The notes below the pieces were generated by a model that made no database searches, was not told the origin of the DNA, and saw nothing but the letters and a program-made list of their open reading frames with translations. A DNA stretch of 64,000 nucleotides from a virus (taxonomy: Duplodnaviria; Caudoviricetes), in the IMG/VR virus record IMGVR_UViG_3300033067_002132, positions 1 to 64,000 of that record; one strand, given 5' to 3'. How positions within the stretch are numbered: the first letter of the stretch is position 1; every line of letters begins with the position of its first letter. Of the stretch, positions 26,865 to 37,858 are shown piece after piece. The position numbers and the translations under genes are program-made.

Positions 26865-27353
26865 ATGTTGAAAACATTCTTTACAATTCTCTTATTATTA
26901 ACAATAAGTTTTAAAGGTTTTAGTCAAACCATAACTAATTCTTATACTTTTTCTAGTAATATAGAAGTTTTAACAACTGTTGGTGCTAATTTAGCTCAAG
27001 TTGTTAGTAGTTTACCACCCGCATATACGAATGTTCCTGTATGGATAGGAGATTATGTTAAATCTCAAATTTATACAAATGGAATAACTACTAATAATTT
27101 AAAATCTACTTATGTTTTATGGGGAGAACCGACACCACAACCAAAAGGAGTATTTCAAGGAAATGCTCCTATTTGGAATGGTAAATTTTATATTTCATTA
27201 ACAAATGCTATAAATAGAGTTCGACCCGGCGATAAAATGCATTTATTACTTTTTGGAATAGATACAAGCACGAATACATTATCATCAAACACTGTCACAT
27301 TTAATCAATGGATGAATTATTTAATTGTGTCTATTCCAACTAACGCTCCTTAA
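26865..27353 (+). CDS. Secreted hypothetical protein
   Basis: Signal peptide. Confidence 0.55.
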   Translation: MLKTFFTILLLLTISFKGFSQTITNSYTFSSNIEVLTTVGANLAQVVSSLPPAYTNVPVWIGDYVKSQIYTNGITTNNLKSTYVLWGEPTPQPKGVFQGNAPIWNGKFYISLTNAINRVRPGDKMHLLLFGIDTSTNTLSSNTVTFNQWMNYLIVSIPTNAP

Positions 27354-27374
27354 TTATATTAAAACAATAATTTT

Positions 27375-27761
27375 GTGAGTTTAACTTCTCGCTCAAAAGC
27401 TCAAATAGCTGAACTACAAGTACAGCTTGCGGCAAATAATAAAAATTATTTTGTCAGTAAGCCATTGTCTAATGATTTACGCTATGATCTAATTATAGAT
27501 ACGGGTAAAAAAATCTTTAGAACACAAATAAAATACGTTAATCGTAAAAAGGGTGATAATTTAGAATTACTTATTGAAAGAAAACACAATAATTGTCTTT
27601 GTTATACAGATACGGAAATAGATTTAATACTAATTTATTGCCCGATTATAGATGAAATATTAGCGTTTTATCCTGATAAATTTCATGATAAAAAGCGAAT
27701 TTTTATTAATCTAAACAATCCTAAATCAAAAAAACATTATAGACATTATTTGTGGAATTAG
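27375..27761 (+). CDS. PD-(D/E)XK endonuclease (group I intron-associated type)
   Basis: SKPL...RYDLIID...RTQIK...Y...EIDLI. Confidence 0.75.
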   Translation: MSLTSRSKAQIAELQVQLAANNKNYFVSKPLSNDLRYDLIIDTGKKIFRTQIKYVNRKKGDNLELLIERKHNNCLCYTDTEIDLILIYCPIIDEILAFYPDKFHDKKRIFINLNNPKSKKHYRHYLWN

Positions 27762-28075
27762 TTTTGTTGAAATACGGTTACGTAAGCTCTCCCTGTTACT
27801 CCGTCAACAATTGCAGTAATATTAGGTAATGGTAATCCTGTTAAATTAATATGTGCGTTAGTATTTGTTGTAAAATTACCTGAATAAACTAAAACATATC
27901 CCGTACCAATTGAAGGATTAGTATAACCTAATTTTACATTAATATTTCCTGAAACGTTACTTGTTAATATATGCGCCGACATTACTCTAGCTTGTGCGGC
28001 GAGAACAGAATCGCCAGTAAATGGAGCAGTTTGACCAGTTAACAAATTGTGTGTTCTAAATAAAAATTGGTTCAT
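27758..28075 (-). CDS. Hypothetical beta-rich protein
   Basis: ORF with upstream AGTGTAA motif. Confidence 0.6.
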   Translation of the reverse strand: MNQFLFRTHNLLTGQTAPFTGDSVLAAQARVMSAHILTSNVSGNINVKLGYTNPSIGTGYVLVYSGNFTTNTNAHINLTGLPLPNITAIVDGVTGRAYVTVFQQN

Positions 28076-28432
28076 ATTAAATAATATTACACTTGACTTA
28101 CTAAAAGTCGGTGATAAAATATGAATTAAATGAGTACCTCTTTTTCTAATAGTTATTTAATAAAAAGTTCATATAGATGCCATAAATGCGTTTATTGTCA
28201 TGAACTTATCAGTAGACGGTCTTCATACAAAAAATTAGTTGGTTTTGATTCTACAGAAGGTAATTTTTATTCTGTTTGTGTTCATTTAGAATGCGAACGT
28301 CCCCTATATAATAACATGAAAGAAAATGAATTTTATTTTCCTGAAGAAAAAATGCCTCGCGGAAGAAATGAAAATGATATAAAAGATTCTTTGACACTCG
28401 CCGCATATTCATGTAATCTTGTCTAACTATAA

Positions 28433-30712
28433 ATGAAATCTACTCTTTTTGATACAAACGACGAAATTTTAACGTCTAATGTTGGCCAATCTGGAACGTT
28501 TGGAATTACCCAAACAGGATTAAAAGTTGTTTCAGAAATTTTAAGAAATCGACTTTATCATAATAAGATTGCGGCACCGATCCGCGAATATATTTCTAAT
28601 GCTTATGACGCGCAAGTAATGTCAGGTAAAAAGCATAAGCCATTAGTTATTTCTTTACCTACTTTAAACGCGCCGACCTTCGCTGTTAGAGATTTTGGTG
28701 ATGGTTTAACAGAAGATGAAGTTGCTGATTTATATACCAAATATGGCGAAAGTACCAAACGAAATACTAATAAAACCATTGGTTCTTTTGGTATCGGTTG
28801 TAAATCTGCTTTTTGTATTTCAAATAACTTTTTAGTTACGACTTATAAAAATGGTCGTAAAAGTATTTATAATTGTTATTTGGAAGATGGTGATGGTAAA
28901 TATGCAAAAATGCATGATGAAGAAACTACAGATGAAAATGGAGTAGAAATTTCTATTCCTGTTAATTCACATCAAATTCATGAATGGCTTCAAGAATATT
29001 TAAAATTTTCTAAACATATTGATCCGCAACCGAAACTTTTAGGAGTTGATTATAACTATTTGGTTTCTAAATATGGAGGTGTACTTTCTTCAAATGAAAT
29101 CTTTTTAGAAGGAAATAAATGGAAAATTAATGTAGATAATAATTCTATTAATCCAAAAAATCAAGTGGTAATGGGAATTGTCGCATATCCTTTTGATTAT
29201 AATCAGGTTAATAAAGGAGTTACTTCGGGAATCGTTAGTATTTTAAATAAAGGTATTACGTTTTTCGCTCCTATTGGCGCGGTAGATCCTACCGCTAATC
29301 GAGAAGGATTAGAATATACAGAAAAAACGATTAAATATATTAGAAATCGTTTGTTAGAAGCTGAAAAAGAAATTAAAGATATTTATCAAAAAGAATTTGA
29401 TAAGTGCGCAAATTTATTTGAAGCAAAATGTTATCTTATAGAGAAAAATTCAGATCGATTTTTTAATGAATTATTTCGTCCACCTTATAAATGGCAAAAT
29501 CAAATCGTTGCTGATCGATATATTGAATTTAGAAATATTTTAGTACAAGATAGATACGGATATCATAAAGATAATACTAAACCGATTTTAAAAGTTCTTA
29601 AATATTGCTACGATTCGTATGCGGATAAACTTTGTAAAGAAAAATATTATATTGATAATACAGGTTTTATTCCTACAAAAAAAGATGTTTATATCATTAA
29701 TGATTTAAATTTAGAAGGAAGATTACTAAATAATCGTATTGGTAAAATTTGTGCCGATCTTAGAGATGATTATCATGCAAGAGTTTTTGTATTTAATTTA
29801 GAAAATGGATTATCATTAGATGATTTATTAAAAACGGAATTTAATATATTACCATTAAAAAAGCTTTCTGATATTCCTGAAAATGAATATTGGAGAATTA
29901 AAACTCCTTCTACTAATACTAATTTAGTAAAAGCGCCAACATCGAAAATTTTAGTTTTTGATCAATCAATGTCTGGTCGTGGAGGATTAGAAAGTAGATA
30001 TTGGAAAGCTCATACTTTATCTGATTCTGATAAAGGTTATTATGTTGAATTAGATCGATTTCAACCGGTTCTTAATGAAGAAGAAAATCTTACATCAGGA
30101 AAATTATCGGCAATTATTGAATTCTTATCATTATATTTTGGAATTAATGACCCTATTTATGGATTTAAAATTGGTTATTTAACCGATGAAAAGAAAAAAT
30201 CATTAAGTAATTTAAAACCACTATTTGAATCTTTAGATAATCTTATTTTAGATTATTTAAAAAAGAATAATATTGAGGAAAATTATAAGATTTATAAAGC
30301 ACTCGATAATTCATCTTTTAATAGTAAATTTAATAAAATTACATATTTCTTTAAAAAATTACCTATTGATCATGCATTAAATAAAGGAGTTGTAGATTTA
30401 GAAGTATTAATTAAAGAATCAAAAGAAAATATTAATAAACATAATGCTTTTATTCAAAGTTTAAACAGAATAAAAAATAAGGAATATTTTTCTAATGATA
30501 AAAGTATTGATCCATATACAGAAATTTCATTAATTAAAAATCTTTTTGACCTTTTAAGAACAAAATATCCTTACTTTTTAAAAATATATAATGAAATGGG
30601 GTATTATTCATTAGAAAAATTTTTAACGCCCGAAGATCTTAAATATTTTATTTGTATGGATAAATTTTATCTTGACATCGAAACACAAAAACAGCAGAAT
30701 ACTACAGTATGA
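28433..30712 (+). CDS. rIIA: rIIA-like protein (GHKL ATPase N-terminus)
   Basis: IREYISNAYDA, VRDFGDGL, YGESTK, GSFGIGCKS; followed by rIIB. Confidence 0.85.
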   Translation: MKSTLFDTNDEILTSNVGQSGTFGITQTGLKVVSEILRNRLYHNKIAAPIREYISNAYDAQVMSGKKHKPLVISLPTLNAPTFAVRDFGDGLTEDEVADLYTKYGESTKRNTNKTIGSFGIGCKSAFCISNNFLVTTYKNGRKSIYNCYLEDGDGKYAKMHDEETTDENGVEISIPVNSHQIHEWLQEYLKFSKHIDPQPKLLGVDYNYLVSKYGGVLSSNEIFLEGNKWKINVDNNSINPKNQVVMGIVAYPFDYNQVNKGVTSGIVSILNKGITFFAPIGAVDPTANREGLEYTEKTIKYIRNRLLEAEKEIKDIYQKEFDKCANLFEAKCYLIEKNSDRFFNELFRPPYKWQNQIVADRYIEFRNILVQDRYGYHKDNTKPILKVLKYCYDSYADKLCKEKYYIDNTGFIPTKKDVYIINDLNLEGRLLNNRIGKICADLRDDYHARVFVFNLENGLSLDDLLKTEFNILPLKKLSDIPENEYWRIKTPSTNTNLVKAPTSKILVFDQSMSGRGGLESRYWKAHTLSDSDKGYYVELDRFQPVLNEEENLTSGKLSAIIEFLSLYFGINDPIYGFKIGYLTDEKKKSLSNLKPLFESLDNLILDYLKKNNIEENYKIYKALDNSSFNSKFNKITYFFKKLPIDHALNKGVVDLEVLIKESKENINKHNAFIQSLNRIKNKEYFSNDKSIDPYTEISLIKNLFDLLRTKYPYFLKIYNEMGYYSLEKFLTPEDLKYFICMDKFYLDIETQKQQNTTV

Positions 30713-31524
30713 AAATTAAGTCATCATTTATTATTACACCATCGTCTATTACATTAGTATATAATGGTAAACCATATACAATGTTAAATAGTAATGCGTC
30801 TTTTAAAGTCGTTTACGGATTATTGAAAAAAGGAAAAGAATCGGATGCGGTTAACTATTTCGATATTCCTGGCGCTATTAAAAATTATATCAAAACTGGC
30901 GTTGAAATTAAAAACGGCGTTATTTTTTACAACGGAGAAGAACTTAAAAATTCTCTTACCGAACGAATTATTGGATTTATGCGTGATGGGCTGAACGCTA
31001 AACCTTTAATTAAATTTTTGGAGAAATTATATAAGAATATGGAACCGTTGGTTCGTGAACGTTTATTTAATTTTCTTGAAAATAAACATATTCCAATTAC
31101 TCAGGATGGAAACTTTATCGGATATAAATCAGTGACCGCCGATTATTTAGATTGGCATACTAAAACGGTTCCTAATCATGTAGGAACGACAAATACTATT
31201 CCGCCAGAAAAAGTTAATCAAGATCCTCACGCGGCATGCGCGAGTAATTCATATCACGTAGGAAACTACGCTTATGCGAAACGATTTAACGATTCAGTTG
31301 GGCGACGAATTGTTCTTTGTGAAGTAAATCCCGAAAAAGTTTTATGCGTTCCCGATTATGATCATGATAAAATTCGTGTTTCTCAATATACCGTTGTTGA
31401 TGAAATGATTGATCAAAATACACCGTTAAGTGCAAATAAATATTCCGTTCAAAAAGATAAAAAAGGATTAGTAAATTATCATAATAAGCGCGGACCGGGC
31501 GGAAGATTTATTAAACGAAAATAA
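30709..31524 (+). CDS. rIIB: rIIB-like protein
   Basis: ITQDGNFIGYKSV, C....HVG...YA, VNPEKVLCVP.Y...KIRVSQY. Confidence 0.85.
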   Translation: MKIKSSFIITPSSITLVYNGKPYTMLNSNASFKVVYGLLKKGKESDAVNYFDIPGAIKNYIKTGVEIKNGVIFYNGEELKNSLTERIIGFMRDGLNAKPLIKFLEKLYKNMEPLVRERLFNFLENKHIPITQDGNFIGYKSVTADYLDWHTKTVPNHVGTTNTIPPEKVNQDPHAACASNSYHVGNYAYAKRFNDSVGRRIVLCEVNPEKVLCVPDYDHDKIRVSQYTVVDEMIDQNTPLSANKYSVQKDKKGLVNYHNKRGPGGRFIKRK

Positions 31525-31541
31525 TAGATAGTTTTTACTAC

Positions 31542-31570
31542 AGGGGGATTAATTTAATCCCCCTTTTTTT
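31542..31570 (+). terminator. Intrinsic terminator
   Basis: AGGGGGATTAA/TTAATCCCCCT + T tract. Confidence 0.75.
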
Positions 31571-32693
31571 ATGATTATTGTAATTACCTATTTAGATAGA
31601 AAAACAGGAAAACGAATCGTCGATTATGGAATAAATATAGAAACTGATGAAAAAATAGTTTTACCTAATGTTCCAATTGACTATTTTCCAAATCTGTCAT
31701 ATGATGGAGAAGTTGGCGAATTTCTATTAAAGAATTAAATATATGGGATCATTTTCTATACCTTGCGCAATTTCTGGATTACCAATTTCTTATGAAAAAG
31801 ATTTGGTCGGTTTTGAATTGGTCGTTGATAGATATAATAAAAATAAATATGTACCTGCATCTTTTCCTGTTTTTGGAAAATATGATACTTATGGAAGAAT
31901 TAAAGATTCAAATTTAGATTTTGAAAATGCCGCAATTATTCATTTAGATATTTGGAATAATGCTGAACTTTATTTTCATAAAGAAAATAGACAAGATCCT
32001 TTTTCATTATATAAATTGTTACCTGAAGTTTTAAAAGATGCAAAAAAAGAATTTAATAGTCCATATTTAGATAAGGGTTGGACCTATAAAGACTATTTAT
32101 ATTATCATTTAGACAAACAATTGCATAAAACTGATTATGGAATATATTTAAAGGGATTTAGTTTTCATGCACGCGCAATAACTCATAAAGAAAATTTTTC
32201 TTTTTTAGATAGATCTAAATTAATGGAAATTATTCTAGATAAAATAGAAAATGAAACTTATTCGCCCGAAGATGATAAAATTCTTATTAAAATAATTTCT
32301 CTATTTTCGGGGCAAATGCTTTTAGGGCGAAATATTATGCCTAGTGGAACTACCGATATCGAACAGTGTCCTGAATATGGACAAAGAATTAAATTAATGA
32401 ATTTACATTTAAAATTGGCGCGAAAATTAAAAAAAGAACAAAATTCATATAAGGATTAAAAATATGAAATTAATTAAAAGAGGCGATAAAGATAATCCTA
32501 ATCGAAAATTTCGTGGTGAATGTCGAGGTTGTGGATCTATATTTGAAGGAGAAAGATCCGAATTCAAACAAATAAATTATGATTTTAAAAATCAAATAAA
32601 TTATGTTGGTAGTACATGTTTAATCTGTGGAGATATTTTTATTTTATTTCCTTATGATTATAAAGTAGAAGAATTAAGTGTAGGAGAACAAAT

Positions 32694-33101
32694 TTGATTA
32701 TGAATAATCGTTTTAAATTTCGCGTTTGGGATATTATAAATAAAAATTATCTTAATATCGATGAAGATAATCAATTTTATTTTTTTAGTTTAGGAACTCC
32801 TTATCATTTATCGGAAATTTTATCTTCTGATAAGCATCATCGTTTTGTTGTACAGCAGTTTACTGGATTAAAAGATACGGAAGGTAACGAAATTTACGAA
32901 GGAGATATTCTTTGTGAAAAAAGAGAGAGTCCAGAGTATGCAGGAGACAACAATATAGGAAGAGTTTATTTTGCTTCGGGAACATTTTTTATTGATGGCG
33001 ATGGACCATTATTTCATCATATTTTTTCTGTTACTCCGGATATTTTAGAAGATTATTTAGTTATTGGTAATATTTTTGAAACGCCAGATTTACTTTCATG
33101 A
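32694..33101 (+). CDS. YopX family protein
   Basis: FKFRVWD...QQFTGLKD..GNEIYEGDIL...VIGNIFE. Confidence 0.85.
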   Translation: MIMNNRFKFRVWDIINKNYLNIDEDNQFYFFSLGTPYHLSEILSSDKHHRFVVQQFTGLKDTEGNEIYEGDILCEKRESPEYAGDNNIGRVYFASGTFFIDGDGPLFHHIFSVTPDILEDYLVIGNIFETPDLLS

Positions 33102-33892
33102 ATCTAGAAACGTTAAATGAACTAGCAAAGAATGAGGAATTACAAAATAAATTACTTATACAAAATCCTCATAGATATATTTATAATTTGCGCGATTTAA
33201 TGAAGGTTCGTAAAACTCGCCCAAATGAATATCGTATGATCGCCACAAAAGGTCGTCATAAATTATTTGATTATGATACGGGATTATTATCTGTTTATGC
33301 AGCGGTTTTTGATGATTACGAAAATAAAGATCATTATGTTGTTCAATTACATATTGGATGTTGTGATGATGGAGAATGGGAAGCTTGGTCGAAACCATAT
33401 GCAGATAAAGATAAAGCTTGCCAAATAGTAGAAAAACTCGCTAAATTAATGGAAGAATGGACGGTTCTTCCTTCGGGCGATGAAATTAATGAACAAATAC
33501 GAGATTTAGGATTATATGGAGAATAAGATTAAAAATACTGATCCTTTTGAATTATTAATAGAAAACTCAAAATGGATCTTTGATAAAAAATATCATGATA
33601 TAGATGAAGAAATATATACGTCTTATGAAGTTTGGGAAAAAGCAATTCGTATTTTAAGAGAATTAAAAAATAAATATGAATCTAAAAATTTTCCATTACC
33701 TAACATTTGTGTAGGACCAAATAATTCTATTGATATTTTATGGGATTCTAAAAAAGCCGGAATATTTATTAATATAAATAATGAATCGTGTGATTTCTTT
33801 CTTGAAAGAAAAGATATAGAATCTAGTATTTCTGGTTTTTGCTCTAATGATAATTTTTCATATTTAGAAATTATTTCTTTTTTAAATTTATT

Positions 33893-34876
33893 ATGATAAA
33901 TGAATTAACCAAAGAAACTCTTCAAAGAATAAAGAATAATGCGCCAAATAATCGAATTCTTACTGTAGGCGATATTATTTTAGATAGATATATTTTTGGT
34001 GAAGTAAATAGAATTTCGCCCGAAGCACCTGTACCTATTGTTGAATTTACTAAAGAAACTTATGTCCCGGGTGGCGCGGCAAATGTTGCGGCAAATATTA
34101 AAGGTTTAGGGACTTCTTCTTATTTAATTGGATTCATTGGAAATAATAAAACCGATCAAGAATCTAATGAACTTTTAAGTTCCTCGTTATATGAAAGAAA
34201 TATAGTTAATTATTTAATTAAATCCGCGCAAAAAAGAACTATACAAAAAACTCGTATAATTGGCGGACATCAACAAATAGTAAGAATCGATAAAGAAGAT
34301 AAATCTTATTATTCAGAAGAAGATTATAAATATTTAAGAGATCAACTTTTAGAGGGAGATTTTTATAGAGGATTTAATGCGGTCATTTTATCTGATTATA
34401 ATAAAAAGACTATAACCCAAAAAACATTACATGATTTAAGTAGTAAATGCGAAGCTTATAATGTATATTTAGCAATTGGCGCAAAACCCGCATCTGGATT
34501 ATATATTAAACGCCCTAATCTTTTATCATTAAATAAAAAGGAAGCTTTTGAGTTAACGGGCGAAAAAAATATAATTACAGCTATAGATATTATTAAAGAA
34601 AGAATTAATCCTTATGTATTAATTATTACATTAGGAGCGGAAGGAATGGTTTTGTATGATAAATCGTTAAATAGAATTACGAATATTCCAACTTTCGCGC
34701 AAAAAGTATTTGATGTTTCTGGCGCGGGTGATACAGTATTAGCCGCTTTTGTTGTCGCTCAAGCTTGTGGCGTAGATTCGCTACAATCGGCCCTATTCGC
34801 CACTAAGGCAGCAGGGATAGTAGTGGGGAGAGTGGGAACAGCGGCAATCGATAAAGAAGTGTTTGACGAACACTAA
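33893..34876 (+). CDS. HldE/RfaE-like heptose-7-phosphate kinase domain (PfkB)
   Basis: GDIILDRY..G.VNRISPEAPVP, GGAANVAAN, SDYNK, DVSGAGDTV. Confidence 0.9.
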   Translation: MINELTKETLQRIKNNAPNNRILTVGDIILDRYIFGEVNRISPEAPVPIVEFTKETYVPGGAANVAANIKGLGTSSYLIGFIGNNKTDQESNELLSSSLYERNIVNYLIKSAQKRTIQKTRIIGGHQQIVRIDKEDKSYYSEEDYKYLRDQLLEGDFYRGFNAVILSDYNKKTITQKTLHDLSSKCEAYNVYLAIGAKPASGLYIKRPNLLSLNKKEAFELTGEKNIITAIDIIKERINPYVLIITLGAEGMVLYDKSLNRITNIPTFAQKVFDVSGAGDTVLAAFVVAQACGVDSLQSALFATKAAGIVVGRVGTAAIDKEVFDEH

Positions 34877-34897
34877 AAACTGATATAGGCTTATTAC

Positions 34898-35752
34898 ATG
34901 TTTAACATTAAAATTTATTTAGAGAGAGCGGAACAAAGCCCGATTTTAATTGATACTAAAAATTGGCTTTTTCCTGGTGGAGAGGTTGGTATTAAACTTT
35001 TAGATAATAATCTTCAATTTAAATACGCCGAATTTGATTTCGTTACTATTGATGCTCGTGTTCGTAATAGTAATGATTTATTCGCTATTGCTTTAGTGCA
35101 AAATGCGATTCAAGAATTAACCGATAAACCAATTAATCTATTTCTTCCTTATCTTCCTTATGCGCGGCAAGATCGGATTTGTGATAATGGAGAGAGCTTT
35201 AGCCTTAAAGTCGTCATTAACTATCTAAATTCGCTGAAATTCAATAGAATTACTGTTGTAGATCCTCATAGTGATGTTACTCCTGCGCTCATCGATAACG
35301 TTAAAGTAGTGACTCAATTAGAAATTATTCATAACAATAATGCTTTAAAAAATCGAATTCTTGAGTTAAAACCTATTTTAATTAGTCCAGACGCCGGGGC
35401 TAATAAGAAAACGGCAAAAATTGCCGGGTATTTCGGTCATCGTGAATTCGTCCGCGCCGATAAATTACGAAATTTAACAAATGGTGATATTTTAGAAACC
35501 ATTGTTTATAAGGATGATTTTAATGGTTTAAATGTTGCAGTTTTTGACGACATTTGCGAAAAAGGCGGTACGTTTATAGCTTTAGCGAAAATATTAAAAC
35601 AAAAAAATGTAGGAAAAATCTTATTGTTTGTTACTCATGGATTATTTTCGGGAGATATGAATTTACTATATAATTCTGGAATCGATGAGATTTGGACTAC
35701 AAATAGTTATAGAGATGATTTAGATAGTAGAATTAATATTATTAAAATTTAA
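34898..35752 (+). CDS. PRS-like pyrophosphokinase (candidate NARP1 Adps)
   Basis: FPGGEV, PYLPYARQDR, DPHS, SPDAGA, DDICEKGGTF, VTHG. Confidence 0.85.
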   Translation: MFNIKIYLERAEQSPILIDTKNWLFPGGEVGIKLLDNNLQFKYAEFDFVTIDARVRNSNDLFAIALVQNAIQELTDKPINLFLPYLPYARQDRICDNGESFSLKVVINYLNSLKFNRITVVDPHSDVTPALIDNVKVVTQLEIIHNNNALKNRILELKPILISPDAGANKKTAKIAGYFGHREFVRADKLRNLTNGDILETIVYKDDFNGLNVAVFDDICEKGGTFIALAKILKQKNVGKILLFVTHGLFSGDMNLLYNSGIDEIWTTNSYRDDLDSRINIIKI

Positions 35753-36601
35753 TTGTAAATCTTTATTTATTTTACAACTATGATGGGTTAAATTTTCTTT
35801 TTCATTAACTAGGTTCCATTTTCTTTCTAGAATAGGTAGGTTATTATTTAATGCAAAGTTCTTAAGTGCAATAAAATTTTGTTTTCTACAAATTCTTAAA
35901 TAAACATAACCACGTTTAGTAAAATTGACACTAATACCATCAAAACCAATAGAATTTAATTTTTCTTTAATTTGTATTAAATAATCATGCCAGTTTTTAT
36001 GTACTTCTATTCTTATAAAAGTTACATTATTTTTTCTTTTAGAAAATGTCCCATCACCATCAATAATACCTAAAAGAAAACTTAAAAAGAAAATATCATT
36101 ATTAATATTTAATTTAATAGGTGGATTATATGTTTTCGGTAAATTTAAATCTAAACCTAATTTATTATAAATAATTTTTGAATTATAAATATCCGCACAA
36201 TTTAGAATACAAATTGATGTTTGGATATTATTTATTATTACAATTTTTGTTTTTACTTTTATATTTAATATTTTTCCTAATTTTTCTAAATGATTTTTAT
36301 CTCTATTATTTAATGTAATTTTTAATTCACCTCTGTTTTGACCAATATATCCATCAGCAAGAATAAAACCTAACCAATAATAAGAAAGAGAAGATTCTTT
36401 TGTTAAAAACTCTAATTTATAGTGATTAATATCTTTTAAAGATTTTATTTTAAATCTAGAAGCGGCGGCTTTTAATGTTTTATCTTTAATATTTAATTTT
36501 TTAGCTAATTCTTTTTTATTACCTAAAGGATATTCTTTTTTTAATAATTCTATTTTTTCTTCCGTCCATTCTATTTGAGGTTTAATATAATGTTTTATCA
36601 T
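35720..36601 (-). CDS. LAGLIDADG homing endonuclease
   Basis: YWLGFILADG and FLLGIIDGDG motifs. Confidence 0.9.
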   Translation of the reverse strand: MIKHYIKPQIEWTEEKIELLKKEYPLGNKKELAKKLNIKDKTLKAAASRFKIKSLKDINHYKLEFLTKESSLSYYWLGFILADGYIGQNRGELKITLNNRDKNHLEKLGKILNIKVKTKIVIINNIQTSICILNCADIYNSKIIYNKLGLDLNLPKTYNPPIKLNINNDIFFLSFLLGIIDGDGTFSKRKNNVTFIRIEVHKNWHDYLIQIKEKLNSIGFDGISVNFTKRGYVYLRICRKQNFIALKNFALNNNLPILERKWNLVNEKENLTHHSCKINKDLQLNFNNINSTI

Positions 36602-36701
36602 AGTCTCTATATTTATCTACACATAAAATTACATTTAAAAAGATTATATGAGAATAAATTTATATTGAAGTCCCGATAAATCTGTGATACTCTTATTAAG
36701 A

Positions 36702-36776
36702 ATGAACGTTGATGAAATTTGGACAACCGATAGTTTTCGTAATGATTTAACAAATGTAAACTTAATTAATCTATAA
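36702..36776 (+). pseudogene. Displaced duplicate of the PRS-like C-terminus
   Basis: MNVDEIWTTDSFRNDLTNVNLINL* vs IDEIWTTNSYRDDLDSRINIIKI*. Confidence 0.75.
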
Positions 36777-36781
36777 TTAAT

Positions 36782-37000
36782 ATGGAACTTAACACTATTA
36801 TTCATAAACAAAATAATCAGGCGAGTATCGTTATTCCGCCCGAAGTAATTAAAATGATCGGCGGATCTCGACGAAAAAATTTGAAAATTACCGTAAATGA
36901 AAAAGATAAAACTATCTTAATTCATAATGGTAAAAAAGTAGAAGATTTTGTTGTTCCTGTTATTCCTTACGATATTTCTAAATTTATTCCACAGAATTAA
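36782..37000 (+). CDS. AbrB/MazE-like small DNA-binding protein
   Basis: SIVIPPEVIKMIG...LKITV pattern. Confidence 0.45.
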   Translation: MELNTIIHKQNNQASIVIPPEVIKMIGGSRRKNLKITVNEKDKTILIHNGKKVEDFVVPVIPYDISKFIPQN

Positions 37001-37003
37001 TTT

Positions 37004-37855
37004 ATGCCTATTTTCTACGATTTTTTATTAGGGGCCGATCCTGAGTTCTATATGAGAACGAATGATGGGATTTTAGCTTCCGCAGATATTTATGAAGAAC
37101 ATGGAACAGATTTTAATGGTCGTTTAGGTCGTGATGGTGGCGGTGTTTTATTTGAAATCCGTCCTACACCTTCGGTCGATCCATTTGATTTAGTAAAAGA
37201 AATTCGATTAATTTTATCAAAAATTAAAAAATCACGAAATAGTTATTTTACTAATATTAAATCTCTTCATGCTGATACTATTGTAAAATTTGATAGATAT
37301 AACAATACCGTTGGCGGACATATTCATTTTGGATATGGAAATCTTATAGATAATGAAAATTTTCCATACTCTTTGAATGAAAATTCTATTGTTGAAAAAT
37401 TAGGTAATTATCTTGGAATTCTTCTTTATGCTATTGAATATCGATCAGAAAAACACGCTAGACGAAGAGGAGAATACGGTGGAATGTTTGATTATAGATC
37501 TAAACATTATGGAATGGAATACCGGGCGCCATCTTCTTGGTTAATTTCTCCATTAATGACGACTGTTTCATTATGTTTGGCGAAAACAGTCTTTTTTCAA
37601 ATTTTAAATCAAAATAATTTTAGTTTTATTAGAGAGTGTCCAAAAGTTAATGTTTATGATTCAGGTGCATATTATAAACAATATGATTTATATTTAAGAG
37701 ATAATTTTGATAAGATTTTTGAAAGTCTTTCTAAAATGACGTTATATCCCATGTATAAATCGTATTTAGATATTATCCCTGTATTATATAAAAATGATCG
37801 TTCTTGGTATACCGAAAAAAACGTAGATCTTTACAAATCTTGGTCAATTCTATAA
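37004..37855 (+). CDS. Phage COOH-NH2 ligase (phiEco32-like amidoligase)
   Basis: LGADPEF, EIRP, GGHIHFG, R.K.YGMEYR.PSSW. Confidence 0.85.
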   Translation: MPIFYDFLLGADPEFYMRTNDGILASADIYEEHGTDFNGRLGRDGGGVLFEIRPTPSVDPFDLVKEIRLILSKIKKSRNSYFTNIKSLHADTIVKFDRYNNTVGGHIHFGYGNLIDNENFPYSLNENSIVEKLGNYLGILLYAIEYRSEKHARRRGEYGGMFDYRSKHYGMEYRAPSSWLISPLMTTVSLCLAKTVFFQILNQNNFSFIRECPKVNVYDSGAYYKQYDLYLRDNFDKIFESLSKMTLYPMYKSYLDIIPVLYKNDRSWYTEKNVDLYKSWSIL

Positions 37856-37858
37856 ATT

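Noticed and set aside
35720-36601. Group I intron or intein in the PRS-like gene
   Set aside because: The endonuclease is antisense, no intron core is visible, and the host ORF is already complete.
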